Under the pieces are notes generated by a model. It was given only the letters and a program-made list of their open reading frames with translations. It had not been told where the DNA came from and ran no database searches. Shown in pieces: positions 18,255-28,401 of a stretch of 33,093 nucleotides of DNA. The stretch lies in NCBI GenBank assembly GCA_049699795.1, contig JBNAWJ010000022.1:1-33093 (forward strand), in the 5' to 3' direction. How positions within the stretch are numbered: position 1 is the first letter of the stretch; each line of letters opens with the position of its first letter. Source of the stretch: Nitrososphaerales archaeon (GTDB lineage Archaea; Thermoproteota; Nitrososphaeria; Nitrososphaerales; JACAEJ01). The translations under genes and the position numbers were made by a program.

Positions 18255-21200
18255 TTGGTTTTAGCTACAGAAAAAGAAATTATTGAACATAAATTTTCAC
18301 CTAACGCTTTGAAGGTATTGGAGAAAAGGTACCTAAGAAAAGACGAAAACGGAAAGATCATAGAGACTCCTGATCAGATGTTCCGTAGAGTTGCCAAAGC
18401 TATAGCAGAGGTGGATGCTCTCTATGATCCAAACGCAGATGTTCAAAAGACTGAAGAAGAATTCTATAGGGTTATGAGCGAATTAGAATTTTTGCCAAAT
18501 TCTCCAACTTTGATGAACGCTGGGACAGAATTGGGCCAGCTTTCTGCATGTTTTGTATTACCAGTAGAAGACTCTATAGATAGCATTTTTGATGCTGTCA
18601 AGGCTACTGCCTTAATTCATAAATGTCTAACAAAAGATACACTAGTGTTTACAAATCCAGGAATTAAACCTATAGTAGAGATTAGAGTTGGTGATCGAGT
18701 GGCTACGGATAGTGGCTACCAGCGTGTTTTTGATACTCACTATGTAGGTATTAAAGAGGCACTTCGCGTTAAAACTTTACATGGCTATGAAATAACCGGC
18801 TCAAGAGAACATAAATTGAGGGTAATAGATGAGAATGGAAATTATGTTTGGAAAGAAATAGGCGATTTAAAGATAGGCGACTGGCTGGCTATACAATTAT
18901 TCGATCGAAAGGATGGCGATAATACCTTACCTAAGTTCGATTACCATCCAAAGCTTTATAATCGAACTTCTTTTAAAGCAAGGATAAATGAGCTTCCACA
19001 AATCTTAACGACAGATTTGGCTTATCTTTTTGGTGCTTTTTTGGGAGATGGTAGTTTTCACAAAAAAGACTATGGAAAAATAAGATTTACGATCGGCGAA
19101 GATAAGAGAGAATTAGTAGAGAAAATAAGCAGAATAATAAAAGAAATCTTTAGCATAACACCAAAAATAAGAAAAGATAAAGGTGCGTATGAGATAAGTT
19201 TTCAAAGCGTTCAGATCAGAGAGTGGTTTGAGTTTTTAGGTATTAAAAAATCCAGTGCTCGAAAGATTCGTATACCTTCTTTTATATTCAAGGCAAGTGG
19301 TGATAGAATCGGAGCTTTTCTGCAAGGTTTATTTGATACAGATGGTTGTATAAATGCTAAAGGTTACATTTCTCTTACATCATCATCTGAAAGAGGCATT
19401 AAGGAAATTCAGACATTACTTTTATTATTAGGCATACCAACAATTAAACGTGAGCTCAAAAGTGTAAAAAGTTGGCAGATAACGATAACAACATTACGAG
19501 GGTTAGAAAACTTTGCTAAAAAAATTTCTTTCTCAGTCAAACAAAAAGCTGAGAGATTAGCTAATATTGATTTTAACAAACTGTTCAGAAAAGATTACCT
19601 ACCTAATCAATATAAGGTTCTTTCAAAATATTTACATGGCAAACTTAGAAAGAAATATGATAGGATTGTTAGAGGAGAGCGACAACTTAACATAAGGCAA
19701 GCTAAAGAAATACTTTCTTACATCAACATACCAGAATTGGCAAATATGATGGCACGCAATCAATTCTACACCCAGGTTTCTGAGATAGAAAATTTAGGAC
19801 CTCAAAAAATGTACGATCTCACAGTTCCAGTATCAAACTGTTATATTGCAAACGGTTTTGTGTCACATAATTCTGGCGGTGGGACTGGTTTTTCTTTTTC
19901 AAAAATAAGGCCAAAGAACGATGCAGTAAAGTCTACAGGTGGAATAGCATCAGGTCCTGTCTCATTTATGAGGGTATTTGATGTAGCGACTGAAGTAATA
20001 AAGCAAGGAGGTAGGAGAAGAGGAGCAAATATGGGCATATTAAGAGTAGATCATCCAGACATAATCGAATTCATAACATCGAAGGAAGAGAGCATCGCCT
20101 TCAATAACTTCAACATATCAGTAGCTTTAACAGACAAGTTCATGAGAGCTTTGGAGAAAGAAGAAGATTATGAGCTAATAAACCCACGCACAAAACAGAT
20201 TGTTAAAAAGCTACCAGCCAAGGATATCTTCGAATTGATCGTGACCATGGCTTGGAAGAATGGTGAACCTGGAATAATATTCATAGATAGAATTAATGAA
20301 TTTAATCCTACTCCTCATGTTGGAGAGATAGAGAGCACGAACCCATGCGGAGAGCAGCCACTATTACCATATGAATCTTGTAATCTTGGTTCTATAAATC
20401 TGTCAAAGATGGTAAAAGATGGCAAAGTGGATTATGATAAGTTGATAAAAACTGTTAGAATAGCTGTTCATTTTCTTGATAATGTGATAGATGTAAATAA
20501 GTATCCATTAACTCAAATAGAAAGCATTACAAAAGCTAATAGGAAAATAGGCTTAGGAGTAATGGGCTTTGCAGACATGCTCATAAAGCTTGGCATACCA
20601 TATGACTCTGAAGAAGCAATAGATATTGCTGAGAAAGTTATGAAGACCATCAAAGAAGAAGCGAGAAAGGCATCTTCTGAGCTTGCAGAGGCAAGAGGGT
20701 GCTTCCCGAATTTTAAGGGGAGCATTTACGATTTTCCAGGAGGAATTAAGTTAAGGAATGCTTCTTTAACAACTATTGCTCCAACTGGCTCAATTTCTAT
20801 AATAGCTGGCTGTTCTAGTGGCATAGAACCTCTTTTCGCAATTTGCTACACTCGCAATGTTCTTGAAGGCCAAAGGCTTATAGAAATAAACCCATTGTTT
20901 GAGAAAATAGCTAAGATGGAAGGTTTCTACAGTGAAGAGTTGATGAGAGAGATAGCTGAGAAAGGGTCTTTAAGAGATATTAATGGTATACCTGAGCATA
21001 TAAAAAGAATCTTCGTTACTGCTCATGATATAACTCCTGAGTGGCACGTAAGGATGCAGGCAGCCTTTCAAAAATACACGGATAATGCAGTGTCTAAGAC
21101 CGTCAACTTCCCTAACAGCGCCAAAATCGATGATGTGAGAAAAGTCTACATGCTGGCCTACAGATTAGGTTGCAAAGGCGTTACTGTTTATAGAGATGCC

Positions 21201-21719
21201 AGCAGAGAGGAGCAAGTTCTAGAGACCAAGAAGACTGAAATGGAGAGGAGATCCCAGAAGACCAAAAAGGAAACGCCGGAGAAGGCTTATGGAGTGCGTT
21301 TAAGAAAGAAGACAGGATGTGGCAATATTTACACAAAGGTCTTCAGCAATGAACACAACGAGCCTGTTGAAGTCTTCATTACTTTGGGCAAAGCTGGAGG
21401 TTGCGCTGCTGCTTTCACAGAGGGATTAGCGAGAGCTTGTTCACTAGCTTTGAAGTATGGTGCAAGTTTAAAGGAGTTGGAGGATGAACTCATGGGGATA
21501 AGTTGCCATAAGCAAGAGGGTATAGGTCAAAACAGAGTCCTCTCATGCATAGACGCTGTAGCCAAATCAATACAAGAAATGTTCGGGCAGAAAACTGATC
21601 AAAAAATAGATGATAAGAAATCTAATAGCTTAGGTGCATGCCCAGTTTGTGGGAGTCAAGTGATATACACTGAAGGCTGCCTAAGATGCATATCTTGTAA
21701 CTTCTCTCAATGTGAATGA
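18255..21719 (+). CDS. nrdJ: Adenosylcobalamin-dependent (class II) ribonucleotide reductase with one intein
   Basis: [58 protein letters not shown]-terminal TSCPD-like domain and CPVC..CLRCISC. 738 aa after intein removal. Confidence 0.95.
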   Translation: MVLATEKEIIEHKFSPNALKVLEKRYLRKDENGKIIETPDQMFRRVAKAIAEVDALYDPNADVQKTEEEFYRVMSELEFLPNSPTLMNAGTELGQLSACFVLPVEDSIDSIFDAVKATALIHKCLTKDTLVFTNPGIKPIVEIRVGDRVATDSGYQRVFDTHYVGIKEALRVKTLHGYEITGSREHKLRVIDENGNYVWKEIGDLKIGDWLAIQLFDRKDGDNTLPKFDYHPKLYNRTSFKARINELPQILTTDLAYLFGAFLGDGSFHKKDYGKIRFTIGEDKRELVEKISRIIKEIFSITPKIRKDKGAYEISFQSVQIREWFEFLGIKKSSARKIRIPSFIFKASGDRIGAFLQGLFDTDGCINAKGYISLTSSSERGIKEIQTLLLLLGIPTIKRELKSVKSWQITITTLRGLENFAKKISFSVKQKAERLANIDFNKLFRKDYLPNQYKVLSKYLHGKLRKKYDRIVRGERQLNIRQAKEILSYINIPELANMMARNQFYTQVSEIENLGPQKMYDLTVPVSNCYIANGFVSHNSGGGTGFSFSKIRPKNDAVKSTGGIASGPVSFMRVFDVATEVIKQGGRRRGANMGILRVDHPDIIEFITSKEESIAFNNFNISVALTDKFMRALEKEEDYELINPRTKQIVKKLPAKDIFELIVTMAWKNGEPGIIFIDRINEFNPTPHVGEIESTNPCGEQPLLPYESCNLGSINLSKMVKDGKVDYDKLIKTVRIAVHFLDNVIDVNKYPLTQIESITKANRKIGLGVMGFADMLIKLGIPYDSEEAIDIAEKVMKTIKEEARKASSELAEARGCFPNFKGSIYDFPGGIKLRNASLTTIAPTGSISIIAGCSSGIEPLFAICYTRNVLEGQRLIEINPLFEKIAKMEGFYSEELMREIAEKGSLRDINGIPEHIKRIFVTAHDITPEWHVRMQAAFQKYTDNAVSKTVNFPNSAKIDDVRKVYMLAYRLGCKGVTVYRDASREEQVLETKKTEMERRSQKTKKETPEKAYGVRLRKKTGCGNIYTKVFSNEHNEPVEVFITLGKAGGCAAAFTEGLARACSLALKYGASLKELEDELMGISCHKQEGIGQNRVLSCIDAVAKSIQEMFGQKTDQKIDDKKSNSLGACPVCGSQVIYTEGCLRCISCNFSQCE
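18624..19871 (+). mobile_element. Intein with LAGLIDADG homing endonuclease (416 aa)
   Basis: ALIHK|CLTKDT ... YDLTV...[10 protein letters not shown]|SGGGTG; block B TGSREH; motifs [10 protein letters not shown] and [10 protein letters not shown]. Confidence 0.95.
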
Positions 21720-21721
21720 AT

Positions 21722-22669
21722 TTAGAATAAAGCATAAGGATCATGATTAAGAATAGATGCTAATAAAGCTCCTCTTATAACCTTCCCATAATATATCTGA
21801 AGGAAATACTTTGCATTTGGCATTTTATCGACTTCAGGCTTTATTTCTCCTACTCTTGGGAGAGGATGCATAACTATACAATCTTCTTTACCGCTTTTTA
21901 ATAAATCAGCATCTATCACATAAGAGCCCTTTACTTTTTCATACTCATGAGGGTCTGGGAATCTCTCTCTTTGAATTCTAGTTATATAAATTACATCTAA
22001 ATTTTTTATTATTTCTTTTAAATCTTCATGCTCTGAAAACTTGATTTTATCACTAATATTGAATAAAGCCTCATCTCTAACTTTTAGCTGTGGTGGTGAT
22101 ACCAAAAATATTCTGGGGCTATAATTCGATAATGCATAGATAAGAGAGTAAACAGTTCTCCCATACTTCAAATCTCCAACTATGGCTATATTCAATCCAT
22201 TTATCCTTCCCTTTACCTTCATTATTGTGTAAAGGTCTAGCATGGCTTGAGTTGGATGCTCTTCAGTGCCACTACCGGCGTTTATTACTGGCTTTGAAGC
22301 AATCTCTGCCGCGAAACGGTTAGCTCCTTCCATAGGATGCCTTAGAACTATGGCATCTACATAACTCTCGACAGTCCTTACAGTATCTGCAAGGTTCTCT
22401 CCCTTTTCAACAGAAGACATGCTAGGATGTGCAAACCCTAAAACACTTCCCCCTATAGATAGCATGGCAGCCTCAAAGCTCAACCTAGTCCTTGTGCTAG
22501 GTTCAAAGAACAATAGTCCGAGAATCCTTCCTTTCGCTAACTCTTTCTTCTTTTCATAATCTAATTTTTCAATCTTATCGGCTATTGAGAAAAGATACTC
22601 AAGTTCAGAGCGAGTAAATTCTTTTATTGAGATTACATCCCGATTGTAGAAGGGATTCTTCATGATCAT
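21722..22669 (-). CDS. pyrB: Aspartate carbamoyltransferase catalytic subunit
   Basis: FFEPSTRTRLSF, KGE, HPTQ, GDLKYGRTV.SL, TRIQRER, MHPLPR. Confidence 0.98.
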   Translation of the reverse strand: MIMKNPFYNRDVISIKEFTRSELEYLFSIADKIEKLDYEKKKELAKGRILGLLFFEPSTRTRLSFEAAMLSIGGSVLGFAHPSMSSVEKGENLADTVRTVESYVDAIVLRHPMEGANRFAAEIASKPVINAGSGTEEHPTQAMLDLYTIMKVKGRINGLNIAIVGDLKYGRTVYSLIYALSNYSPRIFLVSPPQLKVRDEALFNISDKIKFSEHEDLKEIIKNLDVIYITRIQRERFPDPHEYEKVKGSYVIDADLLKSGKEDCIVMHPLPRVGEIKPEVDKMPNAKYFLQIYYGKVIRGALLASILNHDPYALF

Positions 22670-22681
22670 TCCTAATTTATA

Positions 22682-22701
22682 GGATATTTATTTAAGTATC
22701 C
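22682..22701. promoter_or_regulatory. Putative bidirectional TATA core flanked by an inverted repeat
   Basis: GGATA-TTTATTTAAG-TATCC, centred ~27 bp from both a pyrB ATG (22663) and ATG 22718. Confidence 0.5.
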
Positions 22702-22717
22702 ATAAACTAGGTTGAAT

Positions 22718-22858
22718 ATGGCATCTTATCCAAAAATTTACAGATATGTCTGCCGAATTTGTGGTCTAATAATAGAGGATTCTCACCCTGTTGTTTTTGT
22801 TCAGAAGATAAAATTACATGAAAAGGAGCATAAGAAAAGACCAGCTGGCGTTGCTTGA
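22718..22858 (+). CDS. 46-aa C2H2 zinc-finger microprotein (not in ORF track)
   Basis: MASYPKIYRYVCRICGLIIEDSHPVVFVQKIKLHEKEHKKRPAGVA*: C-x2-C-x18-H-x3-H; TATA ~27 bp upstream. Confidence 0.75.
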   Translation: MASYPKIYRYVCRICGLIIEDSHPVVFVQKIKLHEKEHKKRPAGVA

Positions 22859-22907
22859 ATCAAATACATTCAGAAGGTTTTTAAAGACTATTTTTGTAAG
22901 GGGTTGT

Positions 22908-24890
22908 ATGGCTAGAGTGTTACAATCCCTTCCTATGACAAGTTTCTATCTTGCCATACCAAGACCTTATGAAGACGAAGTTGTTGAAGAGCTTGGAAGG
23001 CTTGGAATAATTCAGCTTACCAAAGAAAGAGTTGAAATCGGTGAAGAAGTTAGTGAACTTACAACCTATGATAAATTTCTAAGAGTTAGTGATAGAGTTT
23101 CAACCCTTCTAACATCTATAGAAGGTTTCCTTGGCTCTAAAGAAGATTATGGTAAAGTAGAGAAAAATTTGAAGATGAGTCTTGAGGAGATGGAGAAGTT
23201 TAGCGAAGAGTATGGAAAGATGGTCGATGAAATAGCCAAAGAATTTGATAATACTCAAAGGGAGAATGAAGAACTGAAAAGCATGGTAAGCAATCTTGAA
23301 TTTTTAAAGACATATAAGATAAGACTCGATGAGATAGGAGATTTCAAACATGTGTTTGTGAAGGTTGGTTTCCTTCAAAACGTATTTCTCACTAAACTCG
23401 AAGAGTATTTTAAAGATCTAGAAACAGTCTTCGAAGCAAAGCCTGGAAGGCCAAAAGAATCCTTTGTGATGATTGTAGGAAACTTGGAGTATAAATCAAA
23501 CGTTGAGAAAGCTCTAACCCTATTGAATTTTGAAGAATTAAAGTTTCCAAAATGGGTCAACCCTGATCCTGAATTGGCATTACAAGACATAAAGAAAAGA
23601 ACGGATTCGAATGTTGAAAAAATTCGAGATCAATATAAAAAACTGATAAAACTGAATGAAAAAATCTTGGAGAGAAAGCCCTATGTGAACTTCATGAAAG
23701 AAGCCAAATCCTCGCTCTTTAGGACCAAAAGTCTTAGCCTGCTTCGTGGTTGGATTCCTGCTGAAAAGAGCGATATTTTGAAGGATAAAGTTGAATTCCT
23801 TACTGGAAAAGTTATGTATCTAAAGTTTGAAGGACCAAAGCATGAAGAAGCAGTCCCAGTAAAACTTAGGGACAAAGGGATACTAGCCAAGTTTGAGCTA
23901 CTCACTATCTTAAGAGGCATTCCAGACTATCGTGAGATAAATCCAACACCAATATTCATGATACTTTTCATACTCATGTATGGGATGATGTTCGGAGACT
24001 TCGGAGAAGGAATAGTCATCTCATTGTTAGGAGCGTTCTTTGCAACTCGAAAGAAAGCAGTCTTAGGCATAGGTCGTAGAGGCATAAACAAACTTGGCTG
24101 GATAATGATCTTTTCAGGGATTGTTGCAACATTCTTCGGACTACTTTATGGAGAAGTCTTCCTATACGAGTCTCATCTTCTTGAGGAAGTAAGACATTCT
24201 CTAGGTTTACCAGCATTAGGACCTCTCTCTGAAATGGAGAAGATCACGCAGATGATAGTAATAGCACTAATCTTTGGGGTGATACAGTTGACCATAGCCC
24301 TAACCTTGGGCTTTGTAAACAGGTTTTTAAAAGAAGGTGCAGTGGAGGCTATTTTTAACGGCAGAGGGCTTTTAGGGCTAGTAGTATATGTTACTGGTGT
24401 ATTTCTCATTGTTAATGTTATACAAAGCGGGATGAGTCTTAATGCCTTCCTCTTTCCAGAGAACATACCCCTCACAGCGATCTGCCTAGCCTCTCTTATG
24501 TTGATATTTGGCTCTCCGGTTATAGCTCCAATCTTAGAGAAACGTAAAGTTCATCTTTCAGAGAAGGTCATGGAGGGCTTTGGTGAAGGCATAGAGACGT
24601 TTTTGAGTTTTCTGGCTAACTCCTTCTCATATCTCCGTGTTGCTGCCTTCGCTATAGCCCATGCAGCCCTAGGACTCTCAGCAGTAATGTTATCACAGAT
24701 GGCTGGACCAATAGTAGGATACCTTGCAATGAACGTTATCGGGATACTTATAGAAGGATTTGTTGTAGGCATTCAGACTATGAGGCTTTTGTATTATGAA
24801 TTCTCAACGAAGTTCTATAGTGGCGGAGGAATTATTTACAAACCTCTGACACTGCCTATAACTTTCGAAAAAGATATAAAGGGATCTTAA
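22908..24890 (+). CDS. atpI: A/V-type ATP synthase subunit I (a)
   Basis: GWIP, PDYREINPT, YGMMFGDFGEG, LYGEVF, NSFSYLRVAAFAIAH, RLLYYEFSTKFY. Start moved to ATG 22908 because a TTTTTAAA box lies at 22878-22885 and the longer ORF overlaps the zinc-finger gene. Confidence 0.95.
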   Translation: MARVLQSLPMTSFYLAIPRPYEDEVVEELGRLGIIQLTKERVEIGEEVSELTTYDKFLRVSDRVSTLLTSIEGFLGSKEDYGKVEKNLKMSLEEMEKFSEEYGKMVDEIAKEFDNTQRENEELKSMVSNLEFLKTYKIRLDEIGDFKHVFVKVGFLQNVFLTKLEEYFKDLETVFEAKPGRPKESFVMIVGNLEYKSNVEKALTLLNFEELKFPKWVNPDPELALQDIKKRTDSNVEKIRDQYKKLIKLNEKILERKPYVNFMKEAKSSLFRTKSLSLLRGWIPAEKSDILKDKVEFLTGKVMYLKFEGPKHEEAVPVKLRDKGILAKFELLTILRGIPDYREINPTPIFMILFILMYGMMFGDFGEGIVISLLGAFFATRKKAVLGIGRRGINKLGWIMIFSGIVATFFGLLYGEVFLYESHLLEEVRHSLGLPALGPLSEMEKITQMIVIALIFGVIQLTIALTLGFVNRFLKEGAVEAIFNGRGLLGLVVYVTGVFLIVNVIQSGMSLNAFLFPENIPLTAICLASLMLIFGSPVIAPILEKRKVHLSEKVMEGFGEGIETFLSFLANSFSYLRVAAFAIAHAALGLSAVMLSQMAGPIVGYLAMNVIGILIEGFVVGIQTMRLLYYEFSTKFYSGGGIIYKPLTLPITFEKDIKGS

Positions 24891-24903
24891 ATAGGATTTG
24901 TGA

Positions 24904-25272
24904 GTGGTAATGAGAATGAACTTCAAAAAAATCATTGAATTCTTCTCCAATCCAAAAAGGCTTTTCACGTTTCTTATCTTCTTCAACGTTGCAGTACTTG
25001 CGATTTCTCTTCTCGCGTTCCAACCGTCTATAGCAAAAGCTCAGGAAGGCTTAACACCTGAAATAGGGATGGGATTAATGGCTGCGGCTGTTGCAGTAGC
25101 AGGGTCAGGCATAGCAGCAGGTATAGCTGTATATGGTGCAGCTACAGCCGGTGCAGCAGCGATGGCTGAAAGACCTGGTATAGCCACATGGATCATCATA
25201 CTTGCTGGACTCGGCGAAGGAATTGCTATCTACGGTCTTATCATCGCCATAATGATCCTCGGAACACTATAG
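24904..25272 (+). CDS. atpK: A/V-type ATP synthase proteolipid subunit K (c), single hairpin with leader peptide
   Basis: GIAAGIAV...AERP...GLGEGIAIYG with the ion-carrying Glu; hydrophobic leader ending AKA|Q. Confidence 0.93.
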   Translation: MVMRMNFKKIIEFFSNPKRLFTFLIFFNVAVLAISLLAFQPSIAKAQEGLTPEIGMGLMAAAVAVAGSGIAAGIAVYGAATAGAAAMAERPGIATWIIILAGLGEGIAIYGLIIAIMILGTL

Positions 25273-25302
25273 TAAGCTTAAACTTCCTTTTTTATTATTG
25301 AT

Positions 25303-26361
25303 TTAAAGATAGAGAATATTTCTTAATTTATCTTCTGAAAGACCGAGCTGTTTTGCTGTAGTTATACTCATTATATTCTTTGCTTCAAACTCACATAATG
25401 AGAGATACGCTATTACAAAGGCTAGTCTGAAAGGCTTTTCATGCATAGTCTTCAGGTCTTCATGGTAAAGAGAATTAAATACAGAGTGTTCTATCTCGCT
25501 TATTGTACCCTTCTCTATTTCATCCCTTAATTCTAGGAAGTACTTCTTATAGTATATTCTTGACAAGGCATCAAAAATAGATTCTGGTCTCCCTCTAACA
25601 AGGCTTGAAACTATTCTTTTATTCAATTTGTAATATTCCTTAATCAAAGACTCTTCAATCAGCTCAGCAGGCATGTTTTTTGCCTTTAAACCTAGAATCA
25701 GAATCAAGTTTTTAAGATCCATCTCCTTACCAACCCTCTTCTTAACATCATTTTCGAAGAGCTCTTTCACGCTTCTCCACAATTCTCCAAAGTATATGCT
25801 ATCCAATACTCCCTCAAAGATGAGTGTAGTATTGTATTTCTTGTAGAGTTCTATTTTGTCAATAAGAGGAGCATATAAGGTCTCTTTTAGAATCCCTACA
25901 CTCTCCTCAAGATCTTTCGCTCCCAACATGGCTGGAAAATTTACAGTAGTATATTCTCTTGGTATAGGTATGAGCAATTCCTCTGTGATGATCTCTTTAC
26001 CATGTTTTGTCCTCAATATTCTTTTTATATTCTCAACTTCAAGCCTCTTGGCATAATCTTCAAAGAACTTTCTTAAAGAGCCTTTAGTTATCTTGACAAG
26101 GAAGTAAAATCTGTCAGCAAGCTTTTTGTAAAATACTTCTGTTAGGCTTACAGCATTGATCCTTTCAGAAGGTATGGCACTTACATCTTGAGCATAATCT
26201 CCCTTTAAAAGAGCTTCAACTATAACAGATAGATCTGATGCCTTGCTTAAACTTGATATATCCTCAGGCTTAAACAAATGAGTTCTGAGTCCATGGACCC
26301 TTGTTATTAGATAGATTACCTCTGGCGATCTTGGCTTTGGAATCTTTTTGAGAAAACTCAT
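25303..26361 (-). CDS. atpC: A/V-type ATP synthase subunit C
   Basis: YLITRVHG, EVENIKRILR, E..LD..Y, DLKNL, EFEAKNI; last gene of the F-H-E-A-B-D-C run. Confidence 0.88.
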   Translation of the reverse strand: MSFLKKIPKPRSPEVIYLITRVHGLRTHLFKPEDISSLSKASDLSVIVEALLKGDYAQDVSAIPSERINAVSLTEVFYKKLADRFYFLVKITKGSLRKFFEDYAKRLEVENIKRILRTKHGKEIITEELLIPIPREYTTVNFPAMLGAKDLEESVGILKETLYAPLIDKIELYKKYNTTLIFEGVLDSIYFGELWRSVKELFENDVKKRVGKEMDLKNLILILGLKAKNMPAELIEESLIKEYYKLNKRIVSSLVRGRPESIFDALSRIYYKKYFLELRDEIEKGTISEIEHSVFNSLYHEDLKTMHEKPFRLAFVIAYLSLCEFEAKNIMSITTAKQLGLSEDKLRNILYL

Positions 26362-26972
26362 TCTCTTCTCCTTCTTATCGCTTCTCTAACATGCTTAGTT
26401 CTTATAAACTCCTCTAACATTTCCTCGTAAAGCCTTCCTTCAATATATCTTATTGTATTTGCTATGGATGGTATTACTATTCGCTCTAACGCATTTACCT
26501 TTCTATTCGTTGACATGAATTCATCCACAAGCCTTTCTATCTTCGCTTCGCTCTCACCAAGCTTTATGATCTTTGCAATTAAAGGTGAAAGTTTTTCTGC
26601 AGCCTCATAAGCCACTCCTGAAGGAATATTGCTTATATCAGCCTCTTTTTCAATTCTCAACTCTGGAACTATCACTCCCATTACGCTATAAGTTAATCCA
26701 CTTACATCCATTTGACCAACTGTTAAAGCCATAGACTGAAGGTTTTGATAACCAAGCATGGAATGGGCTTTTTTTAAATATTCATAGGCTTCCATTATTT
26801 CCCTTTCTAACTCTCCCCTTATCTTCACTTCAGCCAAAAGACGATTTATCTCCCCCGCTAGTTGCTCCCTTTTCATCTTCAGTATTTCTTTCCCCTTTTC
26901 AATGAATCCAAGTTGCTCTCTAAGCCTTAGGAGCACTCCTTTTGTAGCGGCTGCTCTTACCGCAAAGCTCAT
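26358..26972 (-). CDS. atpD: A/V-type ATP synthase subunit D
   Basis: LKMKREQL, VMGVIVP, TNRKVNALERIVIP. Confidence 0.93.
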   Translation of the reverse strand: MSFAVRAAATKGVLLRLREQLGFIEKGKEILKMKREQLAGEINRLLAEVKIRGELEREIMEAYEYLKKAHSMLGYQNLQSMALTVGQMDVSGLTYSVMGVIVPELRIEKEADISNIPSGVAYEAAEKLSPLIAKIIKLGESEAKIERLVDEFMSTNRKVNALERIVIPSIANTIRYIEGRLYEEMLEEFIRTKHVREAIRRRRE

Positions 26973-26990
26973 GGCATTTCCTCCTAACTT

Positions 26991-28397
26991 TTAGCTTGTC
27001 TTCCTGTATTTTGGATGATATATTTTGATATGCTCTTCCTTTATCCTAACGAGCTCTTCTTCAGGAAGAATTGAGAGGACATCCCATGCTATATCAAGGG
27101 TCTCTTCTATGCTTCTATTCTCAAACTCTCCTTGACTCACAAACTTCTTCTCAAATTCATCTGCAAAGAGGAGGAATCTCCTTTCACGGTCGCTTAGACC
27201 CATCTCTCCTACGATTCTTGCAAGGTCTCTAGCCCTCATACCCCTTGAATAAGCATCGTAAAGCTGGTCTGAAACGCCTCCATGATCTTCTCTAGTCTTT
27301 CCCTTGCCTATTCCTTTCCTCATCAATCTACTTAAGGATGGAAGGATGTTTATTGGAGGGTATATGTCACGAGCGTTAAGGGTCTTGTCAAGGATCACTT
27401 GACCTTCTGTTATGTAGCCAGATAAGTCTGGGATGGGATGGCGAAGGTCTCCTCCTGGCATTGTTAGGATGGGCATCTGTGTTAATGATCCTTTCCTACC
27501 AGTTATTATTCCAGCTCTCTCATATATTGATGCAAGATCACTGTATAGATAACCTGGGTATCCTCCTTTTCCAGGCACCTCTTCTCTGGCAGCACTCATC
27601 TCTCTCAAGCTCTCTGCATAATTTGTCATATCGCTAAGGATGGCAAGAACGTGCATGTTAAGGTCAAAGGCAAGATATTCTGCAGCAGTAAGGGCAATTC
27701 TTGGGGTAAGAAGTCTCTCGATGGCAGGATCATCTGCCAAGTTCATTACTACGACCGATCTTTCTATTACTCCAAACTTCTTGAATTGGTCAATAAAGTA
27801 TTGGGCTTCCTCATGCTTCAAGCCCATGGCTGAAAATACGAGCGCGAACTCCTCAGCCTCTCCTCTCACTGTTGCCTGTCTAGCTATTTGAGCCAAGATT
27901 CTATTATGAGGTAGACCACTTTCAGAGAAGATGGGTAATTTCTGCCCCCTAACAAGCGATAGACAACCGTCTATGGTAGAAACTCCTGTCTGAATAAAGT
28001 TGTTAGGATAGACTCTTGCCTTTGGATTTACTGGCGATCCATTGATATCTCTCAAATCGTCTGAAGAGATAGGAGGCATACCATCTATAGGTCGGAACAT
28101 TCCATCAAACATTCTTCCTAATACTTCATCAGAAAGAGGAATTCTCATGGCTGAGCCCGAGAATTTTATAACACTTTCAGCTTGAAGACCCATCTCTCCA
28201 CCAAAGACCTGTATGACTGCCGTGTTCTTGCTTACATCTAAGACTCTGCCCATTCTATCTATGCCATCTGGAGACCTTATCTTGACTATTTCATCATAAG
28301 CTACGTTCTTTACACCTTCAACGAAAAGAAGCGAGCCTCTTACTTCTTTTACTCCTTTATACGAAAGACCATATATATCTTTGATTGAGGTAGCCAT
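26991..28397 (-). CDS. atpB: A/V-type ATP synthase subunit B
   Basis: [53 protein letters not shown]. Confidence 0.97.
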   Translation of the reverse strand: MATSIKDIYGLSYKGVKEVRGSLLFVEGVKNVAYDEIVKIRSPDGIDRMGRVLDVSKNTAVIQVFGGEMGLQAESVIKFSGSAMRIPLSDEVLGRMFDGMFRPIDGMPPISSDDLRDINGSPVNPKARVYPNNFIQTGVSTIDGCLSLVRGQKLPIFSESGLPHNRILAQIARQATVRGEAEEFALVFSAMGLKHEEAQYFIDQFKKFGVIERSVVVMNLADDPAIERLLTPRIALTAAEYLAFDLNMHVLAILSDMTNYAESLREMSAAREEVPGKGGYPGYLYSDLASIYERAGIITGRKGSLTQMPILTMPGGDLRHPIPDLSGYITEGQVILDKTLNARDIYPPINILPSLSRLMRKGIGKGKTREDHGGVSDQLYDAYSRGMRARDLARIVGEMGLSDRERRFLLFADEFEKKFVSQGEFENRSIEETLDIAWDVLSILPEEELVRIKEEHIKIYHPKYRKTS

Positions 28398-28401
28398 ATC
28401 A

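Noticed and set aside
22818-22907. N-terminal extension of AtpI given by the ORF track
   Set aside because: It overlaps the zinc-finger ORF, and a TATA box fits ATG 22908.
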